DNA of 63,380 bases, the filler included, from Stramenopiles sp. TOSAG23-2 (Eukaryota): NCBI GenBank assembly GCA_900128395.1. It is 11 parts of 11 records of this genome, joined end to end, with 100 filler letters (N's around TTAATTAATTAA, not from the genome) between each part and the next. Parts side by side here need not be neighbours in the genome. Positions count along the whole stretch, not along the records: positions 32,758 to 40,827 come from LT650240.1; positions 40,928 to 48,994 come from LT650241.1; positions 49,095 to 57,158 come from LT650242.1; 8 more parts are not named here. One strand, 5' to 3'. The notes under the pieces are model-generated. The model was not told the origin of the DNA. It saw nothing but the letters and a program-made list of their open reading frames with translations, and did not search any database. This document shows, piece by piece, positions 38,801-49,139 of the stretch (its first letter is position 1; every line of letters starts with the position of its first letter). The position numbers were made by a program, and so were the translations under genes.

Positions 38801-40255
38801 GGTCATCATTCAGACACTGATTTAAATATACTAAACCAACAATTTGACCTTTTGCCGAAGAGTAAAGCCGTGTTTGACGGCTTAAGGACAGGGGTGCAGC
38901 AAGGTCAACAATTAGATACTGTTGAATCACTTATTGGTGGTGCTTCAAAACCTACGGGGAATCAAAAAATGAAATATCGGTTAAATGATAATTTTTTTAC
39001 AAAACCGAATCCTAAAAATCCTGGCATAACGGATGTTTTCCAAACTAAGTCGCTCAGATTGGACAAAGTAATGTCAAGTACTACAAAAATTGGATCAGAG
39101 TTAGATACTTTTGGAAAAACAAAACAAATTCTATTTGGACGCCCCCCAATAACATCTGGTGCAGCATTTAGAGCCAATTTTCAAGGAGGTAACGCAGCTA
39201 TCAGTACTCTTACAGCAGGGTATAATGCAGTTACCGGCGGTTTATATCCAGAACAAGTAAGCCCACAATTGGCAGAAAAAATTAAAAATAATGGTGGCAA
39301 TATTGAGTTAAAGCATAGACTTACAGGTGGTGTTACAAAGTTAATAACAGGTGCAGATAATTGGGCTATAGGTGCTACTGCTGCAACATTTTGTGCACCT
39401 GGAGCTGCTGTAGCAGCCGCTTGTGCTGTGGGAACAGATTTGTTATATTCTGGCAGTGCTATTGATAAGGGTTTTGATAATTATGTTTACTCCAAAACTG
39501 ATAATATAGAAAATACAGTAGTATGGGCATTAGATGCACCTGGTCGTGTGAGTAGTGCATATCAATCACAAAGTAATCCTATTTTAGGGACATTGTATGC
39601 CGCAAACGAAGTTTCACAAATTAAGAGGGAAGCTGTCTGGAAGGGGTTGCAAACAGGTGCTATGGTGGTAACAGATTCAGCACAAGCTATTAATAACAAT
39701 GTGATAGTACCTAGTGCTGAAAGGATTGCAGGAGCTTGGAATACAGAAGGAAATGTATTGGAAAAAACGGGAGCAGTTGCAACAGAACTGAGAGAGATGA
39801 AAGATGAAGCAGTAGTAAATACGGTAAATTTTGCTGGGGGGTTGCTTAAAAACGCTGGGGACAATGGTGTAAAATTAGGTCAATTTATTTTTGGAGGAGG
39901 GGGAGGGCCTCCTGGAGGAGGAGGTTCTGGAACTAGATCAACATGTAGCGGGCAAAGTTGTCGAGGAAGGAGATCAACAAAACCAACAACATCAACAAAA
40001 CCAACAACATCAACAAAACCAACAACATCAACAAAACCGAAACCATGTCGTGGTGCTCAATGTCGCAGAAAGAACCGAGAAGCAAATAGAAATAAAAATT
40101 GCCCATCATTAAAAGCAAAATACAACACCTGCGATAGGAATTTTAAAAAATGTAAAAGTGATTGCGAAAAGAAACATGGTAGAAATGCATGGGTGGCATG
40201 CAATTTTTGTGGACTTGGTTGTGGTCATTTGAAAGGTTGGATGGGACGGTGTTGA
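35846..40255 (+). CDS. Large secreted modular protein with repeats, Cys-rich modules and a Gly/Ala-rich hydrophobic C-terminal domain
   Basis: 1469 aa; signal peptide; two helical FY..H/N....V..IL..Y...E..L...L...Y units; E/K coil; Pro-rich linker; Ser/Gly repeats; Cys-rich tail. Confidence 0.85.
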   Translation: MKSSSLRHRFILTIVLFFASFSMILLSNNNAHFTHALEAKLQNQIGQEQQFIFKSPPKKPLKSVLLKFFTAWNPPLIKNIDSLVIKYQHNSNVLFNSIKKIYNVKHFDGKPTPLQFNLIQFYMKHARKNIKNVPSILKSYKGKENVLKKKLESYYKGSILILPSIKTQVRTSSSSGNVLKNLLNNAKNRKIPHSLSYEDPKKILERDNNKCCKGEWKSCKACLLKISVDKFCEQNVGKYGCMKSDAAIKEEKTKHFDKQKEERVKHLQKMKRQVEESEKNIERKEEEKVKRAAKHQQLMQRHREESEKEQKEWVAAEQIRKKVAEEKEKREEENEKKIEEQAAKEREVEFKAHRKHVEHKKEQIKKEQEAKRKAEQDQKDRQPGHCRILNSAGGGTFTLLETGMGKGNMKLRRSLLNLRGKFIGQALGGFAQQAIGGLLNNPSNDPKYKEEKQKYSANMKQYKAQKKQRKEAVKQEDAHKKKIIEADKKEKENQRRHEEASKQRVNKLRNFVVTDDKIADGSISKGDCKRTCDTCPSCSCEFNGELLQEMKHGECSITTLTKKIPLLTRKMSRHECKSQCVRLGSMYHCAYSGQVMQDGYREPLKFNFMPPVPPRLPPQIPPMPEKPRKPRKPPGFNWGKALLGLGSNLLQGAVGSMTRPKPKPTPQPKTMLSYDSNPLSWSSGSKAKELFSGGSSGVDFSSGIGTNLFGSGSSSTSSSLFGSGSSSTSSSLFGSGSSNRELFTKRGSSYSTSGSKSSSTTLPFGSYGKYKTPSFKTSLSSTSGSFNRKLFSKRGYYNNFNGYSKSSPSSSSTTLPFGSYGKYKTPSFKTSLSSTSGSFTPKLFSKKGYYNNFNAYSKSSPSSSSTTLPFGSYGKYKTPSLKTSLSLPSFGNSNNFKFDLSKNYFDGTTGKSSNTPSLKTSLSSTSGSSSNEFLYNTNYFKNSKSPSSSSSSSTLPYGSYGNIEMSPSSNLGYSSAGSGNGHSSGGHHSDTDLNILNQQFDLLPKSKAVFDGLRTGVQQGQQLDTVESLIGGASKPTGNQKMKYRLNDNFFTKPNPKNPGITDVFQTKSLRLDKVMSSTTKIGSELDTFGKTKQILFGRPPITSGAAFRANFQGGNAAISTLTAGYNAVTGGLYPEQVSPQLAEKIKNNGGNIELKHRLTGGVTKLITGADNWAIGATAATFCAPGAAVAAACAVGTDLLYSGSAIDKGFDNYVYSKTDNIENTVVWALDAPGRVSSAYQSQSNPILGTLYAANEVSQIKREAVWKGLQTGAMVVTDSAQAINNNVIVPSAERIAGAWNTEGNVLEKTGAVATELREMKDEAVVNTVNFAGGLLKNAGDNGVKLGQFIFGGGGGPPGGGGSGTRSTCSGQSCRGRRSTKPTTSTKPTTSTKPTTSTKPKPCRGAQCRRKNREANRNKNCPSLKAKYNTCDRNFKKCKSDCEKKHGRNAWVACNFCGLGCGHLKGWMGRC
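37968..38503. repeat. In-frame coding repeats: 36-bp (LFGSGSSSTSSS) and 159-bp (53-aa) units
   Basis: 159-bp periodicity at 38121/38280/38439; 18-bp STKPTT repeats also at ~39975-40040. Confidence 0.9.
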
Positions 40256-40827
40256 AAAAAGATATATATTATTTTAATATTTATGTGTTGTGTATTATAT
40301 CATATCATATTTCATATATATATATATATATGCATAATTATATTTATGACCGGGATTATCTGAATAAAATTTTATATCATACTACTCGTAATAAGTACAA
40401 ATTACACATATTTTACTATCAAACCTCGTGCATTATAATTCCTAGATCTTGCAAAAATCATGAATTTTTGGAAAATTTCACGCATTTTATTTTTAAGCCA
40501 AGAAGATGTCCTAAACACACTCTATGAATTGAGTCACAACGGTGATTTTATGTACATATATCATATTATTTAATATTAATTATTTATTTTATAATTCAAT
40601 GTACTCAATTTTTTCTGACAAGAGATTAATTTTGTTTCTCAACATTCCTGTGCCCTTGACAGCCACTCATGATGATGACGATGTTGAAATGACTCTTTTT
40701 TCTCAACAGCTGCTGAGTTTACTCTTCCTTTACTATAGAACTGCCCAGCTTTTGTTTTCTTCATTTGCATCTCTTTCACAACATTTGCTTCCTGTACATT
40801 GCACTTTTTGCGCACCTCCTCAACTTC

Positions 40828-40927
40828 NNNNNNNNNNNNNNNNNNNNNNNNNNNNNNNNNNNNNNNNNNNNTTAATTAATTAANNNNNNNNNNNNNNNNN
40901 NNNNNNNNNNNNNNNNNNNNNNNNNNN
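40828..40927. other. Artificial contig linker
   Basis: N44-TTAATTAATTAA-N44. Confidence 0.99.
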
Positions 40928-40974
40928 ATTAAACAAGTATATATATATATAACGATAGCGAAAAAAGAATAATT

Positions 40975-42021
40975 ATGTTTGCAGCTGCTAAGTATGGTCT
41001 TTTAAGAAAAATGTCATATAACAAAAATGACAAAAAAATATTATACAAGAATCATAAATGTTTTTCCATTTTTTTAAATAATAAAAAACAACAACTTCAC
41101 TCCAAACGTCAGCCTCAAGTTTTATCATTCCCTGAACAGCACAGAGATAAAGGTGTTTATAATATGTGCAGTTTGGGTATGTTTTTGCAGCCATTTCGAT
41201 ACCAGCAAATAAGACAATATAGGAAAAAATCAAAGAAAGGTGATAAATTTAATATTAAAACCTATATTGCAAATGAAAATATAAAACACAGAGAAGTTCA
41301 GATACTTGATAATAATAATAAATTATCAGCACCTATGCAACGAAACGAGGCAATTAATGTAGCTAGGGATAATGGGCTTGATTTGGTTTTATTAAATGTG
41401 AGTAAACAAAATAAAGTTGTTTGTAAATTTGATGATTTGACAAAGCTTCAATACAAAGCAAGACGAAAAGCAGCGGAGGACCGCTTGAATAATATTGAAA
41501 AAAATAAACGTGAAAAGACTGTGAAATTTAAATCAAACATGGGTGAAAATGATATTGAACGTCAAATCAATCAAATAAAAAAATTTTTACGAGATAATCA
41601 TGCTGTCATTGTAGATATATGGTTATTACGTCGTTGGAATGTGAAGCATGAATCTTTTGAGAAATCTTTAGACTTAGCTCACCGTATTATTGAACAAATA
41701 GAATTGGATGCAATTGGGCAACCGAGGGATTTAAGAAAAGATTTCAAAGATGATTCAAAGTACTTTGTGCCTGTTGCTAATAACAAAATAGTTTTTTCAT
41801 TTAAACCTATAAATATTGATTTAAACAAATTAGCAGAATCAAAAAACCGTGATCAAAACAAAAAACGTAAAACGAAAAAACAAAAATTACGTATTCAACG
41901 TGAGGAATCATTTAAAATAAAGTCGAAAGAAGCATCAGAAGAAAATGAAGTTGCATCAACCCAACAAATGCAAAAGACCAAAAAGGAAAAGAAAAAGAAA
42001 AAGAAGAAGAAGAAGAATTGA
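40975..42021 (+). CDS. MTIF3: Translation initiation factor IF-3, organellar (probably mitochondrial)
   Basis: IF3-N: ANENIKHREVQIL..EAINVARDNGLDLVLL..VVCK; IF3-C: KTVKFKSNMGENDIERQINQIKKFL; basic presequence-like N-terminus. Confidence 0.85.
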   Translation: MFAAAKYGLLRKMSYNKNDKKILYKNHKCFSIFLNNKKQQLHSKRQPQVLSFPEQHRDKGVYNMCSLGMFLQPFRYQQIRQYRKKSKKGDKFNIKTYIANENIKHREVQILDNNNKLSAPMQRNEAINVARDNGLDLVLLNVSKQNKVVCKFDDLTKLQYKARRKAAEDRLNNIEKNKREKTVKFKSNMGENDIERQINQIKKFLRDNHAVIVDIWLLRRWNVKHESFEKSLDLAHRIIEQIELDAIGQPRDLRKDFKDDSKYFVPVANNKIVFSFKPINIDLNKLAESKNRDQNKKRKTKKQKLRIQREESFKIKSKEASEENEVASTQQMQKTKKEKKKKKKKKKN

Positions 42022-42191
42022 GTAATATCAAAATATTATATAAAATTAAAATATACTACCTGGTACTATTAATACCACCACCCCGTAATAACAGCTAATA
42101 ATATAATATCTATAATACTCCATAATTTGAAATACAATAATAATAATACCACTCGAACTTAGTAAAAACTATAAGTATACAAATATATTTT

Positions 42192-42834
42192 TTTATTGAA
42201 ATATCTATATACGTATCATAAAGAATATTCGAATTTCTATCCTAGGCGACTACTACTATATTCATTATTTAAATGCAAAACAACAATGGNNNNNNNNNNN
42301 NNNNNNNNNNNNNNNNNNNNNNNNNNNNNNNNNNNNNNNNNNNNNNNNNNNNNNNNNNNNNNNNNNNNNNNNNNNNNNNNNNNNNNNNNNNNNNNNNNNN
42401 NNNNNNNNNNNNNNNNNNNNNNNNNNNNNNNNNNNNNNNNNNNNNNNNNNNNNNNNNNNNNNNNNNNNNNNNNNNNNNNNNNNNNNNNNNNNNNNNNNNN
42501 NNNNNNNNNNNNNNNNNNNNNNNNNNNNNNNNNNNNNNNNNNNNNNNNNNNNNNNNNNNNNNNNNNNNNNNNNNNNNNNNNNNNNNNNNNNNNNNNNNNN
42601 NNNNNNNNNNNNNNNNNNNNNNNNNNNNNNNNNNNNNNNNNNNNNNNNNNNNNNNNNNNNNNNNNNNNNNNNNNNNNNNNNNNNNNNNNNNNNNNNNNNN
42701 NNNNNNNNNNNNNNNNNNNNNNNNNNNNNNNNNNNNTTTATTGAAATATCTATATACGTATCATAAAGAATATTCGAATTTCTATCCTAGGCGACTACTA
42801 CTATATTCATTATTTAAATGCAAAACAACAATGG
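42192..42834. other. Scaffold gap flanked by an identical 98-bp sequence (probably a false gap)
   Basis: 42192-42289 equals 42737-42834 on either side of the N run. Confidence 0.85.
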
Positions 42835-44018
42835 GACAACAATGGTCTAACGAGCAAAAAGAAGAATTACATCGTATTTGGACGTCTAGAAAAACAAAAT
42901 TTGACCCAGAAAATAAAAAATATCAATATCAAATCATGTCACATTATATGTCAGCCTTAATGCCGTCAGTAAAATTCAAGCCTATTGGAATAGAGTGGAA
43001 AAAGATGGGATTTCAAGGAGAGAATCCTGTGACAGATATTCGTGCAGGTGGATTACTAAGTTTGTAAGTCAATTCTATTCCCCTCAACCTATAAAAGATA
43101 CCCTATCTAACACATCACTCTTTCTTTTAACTCCACAGCGAAACATTGGAACATTTCGCTTCATACTATACAAATGGGGCCACGAAAATGATTGCGGAAA
43201 TTACTGCAATGTACTTAACCAACCATGAAAGATTTTATCCGTTTTCAACAACTGCAGTCGTCTTATGTACTGAGCTTTGTGATATGATCGGAATCTCGAA
43301 AAAAAATAGAGGAGCAATCAAAGAGAAAGAAATGAATGATTTTTTAAATGCAACAACATCTTCACCCTTTTTAAGTTTAATTGAAACAAATGATCATGGC
43401 ATTGCCTTTAATGAAATGTTTTCTTATATATTTGCAGATTTTCATTGTAGATTTGTTAAAGATAAATCTTTAGGCTATTTAGACCTTCAAACTACGGTCA
43501 AGGAGACGATGGAAACATTTGAACAATTCATTTCAAAGTACAAGAAAATTGAAATGGTAAGAAATGCATATTTATCGAAAGATCCAATGATTAAATCATT
43601 GTTACAAAAAAGTGGGGGTGAATCGAAAGGATGGAGACATTTGCGAGTGCAATTAAAGGCAGAGTCATCGCAACATTTGCTTACTGGTACCGGCGCTGTT
43701 ACAGCTATTGCAGGCAAATCATTATATATAAATGCAATAGATTCATTATCAAAACATAATTTGTTAGATAAAATAAAACCTGTAGAAGAGATAGAAACTG
43801 ATGTTAGCTCAATAAATACTACAGAAAAAACGTCAAAAATAAGCTATGGCTTGACATACAAAGAACGTAAAAATAACAAAGAATATAGCAACAACAATAC
43901 CAAAAACACGAGGAAAATTAGTGTTATGTCCATGTCACGATCAAAAAGTATTAATGTAAATAGAAACAGAAAAACAAGCAAAACATATATTCGTAATCAA
44001 ATCAATGATTTTAATTAA
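42831..44018 (+). CDS. ELMO-domain protein (ELMOD family); exons 42831-43063 and 43139-44018
   Basis: [21 protein letters not shown] and YPFS motifs; removing a 75-nt GTAAGT..CTAAC..CAG intron (43064-43138) joins the frames as GGLLSFETLEHF. Confidence 0.9.
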
Positions 44019-44846
44019 CATTTTAGAAAATAAATCTGTCCCTTTATCATTTAATCGCGATACAATACGCGCTAAATTTTGTGGTGTCCACCTTGGAAAT
44101 TTATCTTTCATGTCAGGTAATTTACCAACACCTGGCCATATTTGTTCTGTAGGCGTACCTTTTGTACGAAAAATGCGAAATAATTGATCAATTTCTGAAT
44201 CACCAGGGAAAAGCGGTGAACCTTTGGCCATCTCTGCAAATATGCAGCCAATTGACCATAAATCTACGGGGGTTGAGTAGTGTGTTGCTCCTAATAAAAT
44301 TTCTGGCGCACGATACCATAAAGTAACAACCTCATGTGTATATGCGCGTACGGGAACTCCAAAAGCTCTGGCGAGACCAAAATCCGCTAGTTTTAAAACA
44401 CCTTTAGCATTTATCAACAAATTTTGAGGTTTCAAATCACGGTGTAGGATACGGTTTGAATGACAATACGCAATTCCTTGGAGCATCTGTTTCAAATACG
44501 ATTGGACTAAGTCTAATTTCATGGATTCGCACAGTCTATCCATATATTGCTTTAAATCTTGATCTAGGTGTTCAAATACAAGAAATAACTTGTGCTCTGT
44601 ATGGACAACTGTCATTAAAGATACAACATTCTGATGCCTCAACTCTTTCAATAGTGCGATTTCTCTAATTGCAGTGCTTGGTACCCCTTCATCTTCTGAC
44701 TCTAGACGTATTTTTTTCAATGCGACAAATGTATTTGTAACTTTGTCTCTTGCTTTGTAGACCACACCATAAGTGCCTTCCCCAATTTTAGCAATTCTTT
44801 CATATCGACTTAGACCTACACCTTCTCTTATTGCTATTTCTGCCAT
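43941..44846 (-). CDS. CDK1: PSTAIRE cyclin-dependent kinase (CDK1/CDKA type) with an aberrant C-terminus
   Basis: [59 protein letters not shown]; similarity stops after FSKMLI (~44012). Confidence 0.93.
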   Translation of the reverse strand: MAEIAIREGVGLSRYERIAKIGEGTYGVVYKARDKVTNTFVALKKIRLESEDEGVPSTAIREIALLKELRHQNVVSLMTVVHTEHKLFLVFEHLDQDLKQYMDRLCESMKLDLVQSYLKQMLQGIAYCHSNRILHRDLKPQNLLINAKGVLKLADFGLARAFGVPVRAYTHEVVTLWYRAPEILLGATHYSTPVDLWSIGCIFAEMAKGSPLFPGDSEIDQLFRIFRTKGTPTEQIWPGVGKLPDMKDKFPRWTPQNLARIVSRLNDKGTDLFSKMLIKIIDLITNICFACFSVSIYINTF

Positions 44847-44882
44847 GGTATTTATAGTTTATTATGGTTCTGTTATTAATAT

Positions 44883-44990
44883 ATATATATTATATAATGT
44901 TACTACTATAATGTTTGTATATATATTATATAATGTTACAACTATAATGTTTGTATATATATTATATAGTGTTGCTACTACAATGTTTGT
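44883..44990. repeat. 36-bp minisatellite x3 just upstream of the CDK start
   Basis: ATATATATTATATAATGTTACTACTATAATGTTTGT in three slightly diverged copies. Confidence 0.9.
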
Positions 44991-45517
44991 ATATATATAT
45001 ATATGTAAATAATAAATAATAAATAAATTACTTTATAGTGATTCTATTTCCCTGTCCTTCATTGATTGATTTCTATGTATTTATTTATGTATGAGGGTGT
45101 GATGTGATCTGTATTCTTCATTTTATTATCATTACAACATAATAATAACACAATACAACATTAACATTTTAGCACAATTTACTTGGTATATAACAATTTG
45201 CAGCATATCTTTTTTTTGCATTTGCTAATTTCAAAAAAGCTATAGTAGAATAGTATAAGTATAGGAATAGCAGGTAGACTTTCTATAAAAACAATCTATA
45301 GATAGGCGGTAGCTCTATAGATCTAGCTCTATCTTTTCTGCGCAATGCAGCATTAAAACACTATAATAGCGACTACTGTATTGTTAGAGTAATATTAGTA
45401 TACGAAAGAACGCATACTGTAGATAAGGTTTTTTTTATGCTCTAGCTCATATTAATATCATCTACCATCTATAATACCATCTGTTGTGTACTGTTTATCG
45501 CATTTCTGTTTTTTATT

Positions 45518-48500
45518 TTAACGTGTCTTGTTATTACCTTTTATAAGCAATTTAGGTGGATTAGCCAATTTGTATCCAAGAAGTTTATGCTTCGATACAA
45601 TAATAGGTGAAGTTAATTGTATCTCTTGATTTTGATTTTGATTAGTGATAATATTGCCTATATGCTGCTGTTGGTTTGATATTGCATGTGCATGGTGTTG
45701 TTGGTGGTGTTGATGATGATGTTGATAATTTCGTAATGGTGACGATGGTATTACCATGCTTATTTCATTTAATACAGGTTGTGTCGAGATTTGTTTGTCA
45801 TGCTTATTTTGTGCATAATTTTCACTTGCTAGCATTAATAAAAATTCATTATTTTCATTTTTCCTTTTTGCACTTTGTTCATTATTTTTGTTTTTTAAAA
45901 TCTTACTGTTTGCAGGCAATGATCGTCCTTTGTATGGTCCTAATTCTGATAGATGCTCGCGTGAAATTTTTGGAGACAAAGTCATTGCACCGGAATGCCG
46001 ATAGCCCTGAACAATAAATCTTTTCTTTGGAGAAACAAGTTTTTTCAAATTATGCATACGAGATGGTGGTATTGCGCTGCTAAAATTGTTACTGTAATTA
46101 CCCATACTCCTAATTGTACTATTATTATTTATGCTATTATTCATTATCATTGACTTAGTTAATACACTACTACTGTCTAATAAATTTGAACGAAAGATTG
46201 TTACAGACATTAAACACCATTGTATTGTTTTACGTATTGTTTGTTCAAGTTTAAAAAAGCGCGAGTTCCAATCATCATTCGTTATTATTGCCTGTTTTGC
46301 AAGAACTTTTTCCTTTATTTTCAGAACATCTTGGGCCAATAATTCACATTGTTTATAATGCATTGTCAATTTATCTATAATTTCTGTCAATGTTATGTCA
46401 TTACTCTGACGTGTACGCCTTTTAAATAAAAATTTAGAGCCGCCGAAACCTTCAATATTTTTATTTTCATAAGCTGGGTTGGTTTCTTTTTTAATATCTT
46501 CACTTTTTTCTTGTTCCAATAGATCAATCTTTTGAACTAATTCAGATATTAATTTTTCTACTTGATCTCGATGTATATAATCTTCCTGTAATATAATAGA
46601 CTTTCTATCGTCTTTATTATGTTCGAACTTTAAATCTTCATATTTGTTTTTAATTTCGTTTAATTTGATTTGTAAAGATTTCATTTGATGGTACAAACCA
46701 TTGGTTTCATCAATTTTATTTTGCAAATTGATTTTTAAATTCTTATTATGTCCATTTAGATTGTCCAATTGCTCTTCCATGCTATCAACCTTCTTTAATA
46801 GTGCTTCTTCTTTCATTATATTACTTGCTGTACTTGATTGCAGCGTTTCAATTTGCTTTAAAAGTTCTTTCCCTGCTTCATTTTTCCATCGCTGTTTTCC
46901 ATTTTCATGTTCTTCAATTAATTTAATGTATTTTGTTTCAAACACTTTTTCTAATTTTACGATTTTCGTATCAAACGAAGCCTCACGCGCAACTACTTTA
47001 TCATCGTATTCTTTTCTAATCTGTTCTATTTGTTTCTGGTGGTTTTCTAATACACGTAAATAGGATTCGCGTTGGGTTTTCGTAGCGTCTAGTACTTGTT
47101 GCTTATATCTTTCTTTGTCACGAGTAAATAAATCCACATACTCTTTGCGTTCTTGCTCAAAGTGAGCTGCCATGTTTTGTACTGTTTCAGTGATTTTACG
47201 TTGTGCTTTTTCACGCACTTCATCTACATGAGCTTTCATTAACAAGATCTGTTGTCGGTGCCCTTTGGTATCCTCCTCGTTCTGTTGGATTATTTGCTTT
47301 ATTTTCAGTTCATATGCATCTTTTAAATTGCGTATATCCCGTACCTGTATTTTTTGTAACTCAGACCTTTCTTTTTGATTATTTGTATTTATTTGTATTA
47401 TTTTCTCTTCAAAACTTTGGAGTACCTTTCGATTATCTGCTTCTATTATTTCGATTTTCTCTAAAAATTTCTGTTCCAATCTAATTTGTCCTTGTTTTAA
47501 ATTAGCAATAACTTTAAATTGTTGTTCATTTAAATTTTCTATTTCTTTTTGTTGCATATTTTTCAATTGTTTTTCCTTTAAATCTAAAGTTTGTAATCGT
47601 AGTTCAAATTCTTCCCTTTGTACCATCATTTTACGCTCGTATTTACGTTTTTGCCTAACCATTTCTTCACTGATTGTATTTCCATCTGTATCATAATTTA
47701 AATCCTCTTTTTCATCTATTTCTTTTAATTTATCTAATCGGTTTCTTAATTCCATAACTTGCGTTTCTAACACTTCTGCCGTCCGCATTGCCCCATCCCT
47801 TTCCGCTTTCAATTGCTGGGATAAAACCTCATTGTCCTTTTTCCAAAGTTCTAATGTAGTAATCAATTCGCTCATATCCTCAATAGACATTCCATCAGCA
47901 GATTGTTTTCGTTGCATTTCTCGCAATCTTTCCGTTTCCTGTTTTGCGCGTTTTACGTCAAACTTTAATGTTAGCACTTCCTTCGATGATAATTTGAGTT
48001 TAAATTTCCAATCACGTATTTCTAAATTTAAATCTTCTATCTTTTGTTGTTTTGCCCTCAATTCTGTTACTTTTTCTTTTATCTCTATTTTCGCCATTTT
48101 GGTTTTTTTTTCAGCGACGAGTTTTTTTTGGTTTGCATCAAAAAGTCGTTTCTCCCACATTTCGTTTAACGCATTGACTGCTTCATCAAACGAGCTTTTG
48201 AGCGAACGCCGCTTATTTGAGATATCTCTAAGCAGAACTTTAACGTCACGCTCAGAAATCTCTATATCTTCCTCGTCCATAGTTTCTGGTTCTGAGTTGT
48301 CAGAATCATAATCCTCGTTATCTTTTTTTAGTGGATCTTCGTCATGGGAATTGACCCATTTGTTTATTCCAGACAATGTTTTGCGAACGCGTGATGATCC
48401 TATAGTTTGTGCATGGACTAAGCTGTCCATTAGATCCTTTGTTCTGCTAGCTATTCTACGTCTTTTTGCTAAACCATATTTTAATCCGCCAGTTTTCTCT

Positions 48501-48850
48501 TCGTACTTACTTAAAGACTCATATACTCTGCGGTTAATTAAAGAGGTTTTATTTGATAGCTCTATCCGTTTTTCTAAGATTTCCATAGTGCTGTCCAGCT
48601 CCGTTGAAGTAAATGTTTCTTTAAATACCTCTACAATTTTCTCTTTCTTTTCATTTGTTTTATATGGTACATCAGCCTTTAAAATTTTTTTATAAAATGG
48701 AGAGTTTAATATCAAATCGTCCAATGGTTTGTATAACTCTTTAAGCTGTTGAGAATTGTACAATTCTTCTGATAGACTTGTATTTTTAGACTCGATGCCT
48801 CCACCTTCTTTATCTTCTGCCTCGAATATTTCGGATAGTGTATTAATCAT
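45518..48850 (-). CDS. Long coiled-coil protein of unknown function
   Basis: 1110-aa ORF rich in E/K/Q heptads; low-complexity C-terminus. Confidence 0.85.
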   Translation of the reverse strand: MINTLSEIFEAEDKEGGGIESKNTSLSEELYNSQQLKELYKPLDDLILNSPFYKKILKADVPYKTNEKKEKIVEVFKETFTSTELDSTMEILEKRIELSNKTSLINRRVYESLSKYEEKTGGLKYGLAKRRRIASRTKDLMDSLVHAQTIGSSRVRKTLSGINKWVNSHDEDPLKKDNEDYDSDNSEPETMDEEDIEISERDVKVLLRDISNKRRSLKSSFDEAVNALNEMWEKRLFDANQKKLVAEKKTKMAKIEIKEKVTELRAKQQKIEDLNLEIRDWKFKLKLSSKEVLTLKFDVKRAKQETERLREMQRKQSADGMSIEDMSELITTLELWKKDNEVLSQQLKAERDGAMRTAEVLETQVMELRNRLDKLKEIDEKEDLNYDTDGNTISEEMVRQKRKYERKMMVQREEFELRLQTLDLKEKQLKNMQQKEIENLNEQQFKVIANLKQGQIRLEQKFLEKIEIIEADNRKVLQSFEEKIIQINTNNQKERSELQKIQVRDIRNLKDAYELKIKQIIQQNEEDTKGHRQQILLMKAHVDEVREKAQRKITETVQNMAAHFEQERKEYVDLFTRDKERYKQQVLDATKTQRESYLRVLENHQKQIEQIRKEYDDKVVAREASFDTKIVKLEKVFETKYIKLIEEHENGKQRWKNEAGKELLKQIETLQSSTASNIMKEEALLKKVDSMEEQLDNLNGHNKNLKINLQNKIDETNGLYHQMKSLQIKLNEIKNKYEDLKFEHNKDDRKSIILQEDYIHRDQVEKLISELVQKIDLLEQEKSEDIKKETNPAYENKNIEGFGGSKFLFKRRTRQSNDITLTEIIDKLTMHYKQCELLAQDVLKIKEKVLAKQAIITNDDWNSRFFKLEQTIRKTIQWCLMSVTIFRSNLLDSSSVLTKSMIMNNSINNNSTIRSMGNYSNNFSSAIPPSRMHNLKKLVSPKKRFIVQGYRHSGAMTLSPKISREHLSELGPYKGRSLPANSKILKNKNNEQSAKRKNENNEFLLMLASENYAQNKHDKQISTQPVLNEISMVIPSSPLRNYQHHHQHHQQHHAHAISNQQQHIGNIITNQNQNQEIQLTSPIIVSKHKLLGYKLANPPKLLIKGNNKTR

Positions 48851-48994
48851 ATTGTAAAAGTATGTATTGATTGTTTTAAATCAGATGCTTATATATATAC
48901 AACTTAATATGTGAAATGATACCATTATAACTATTAGATGTGATATATATAGACCGTGGACTGTGGACAATATTATTATATATTTATATATTTT

Positions 48995-49094
48995 NNNNNN
49001 NNNNNNNNNNNNNNNNNNNNNNNNNNNNNNNNNNNNNNTTAATTAATTAANNNNNNNNNNNNNNNNNNNNNNNNNNNNNNNNNNNNNNNNNNNN
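48995..49094. other. Artificial contig linker
   Basis: N44-TTAATTAATTAA-N44. Confidence 0.99.
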
Positions 49095-49139
49095 AATTAG
49101 ATTTTAGTAATTTATAAATATATATAATAATAATACATC

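Noticed and set aside
37893-38825. Alternative-frame His-rich ORFs inside the secreted protein
   Set aside because: By-product of TCA/TCG Ser repeats read in another frame.
40600-40827. Coding-like fragment at the contig end on the minus strand
   Set aside because: Too short and frame ambiguous; no product can be supported.
42192-42834. 98-bp direct repeat around an N gap read as an LTR or insertion
   Set aside because: Identical copies abutting a scaffold gap are typical of unmerged contig overlaps.
20991-45000. Short repeats (20991, 37968, 44883) as CRISPR-like arrays
   Set aside because: Head-to-tail repeats with no unique spacers and no cas genes, in a eukaryotic context.
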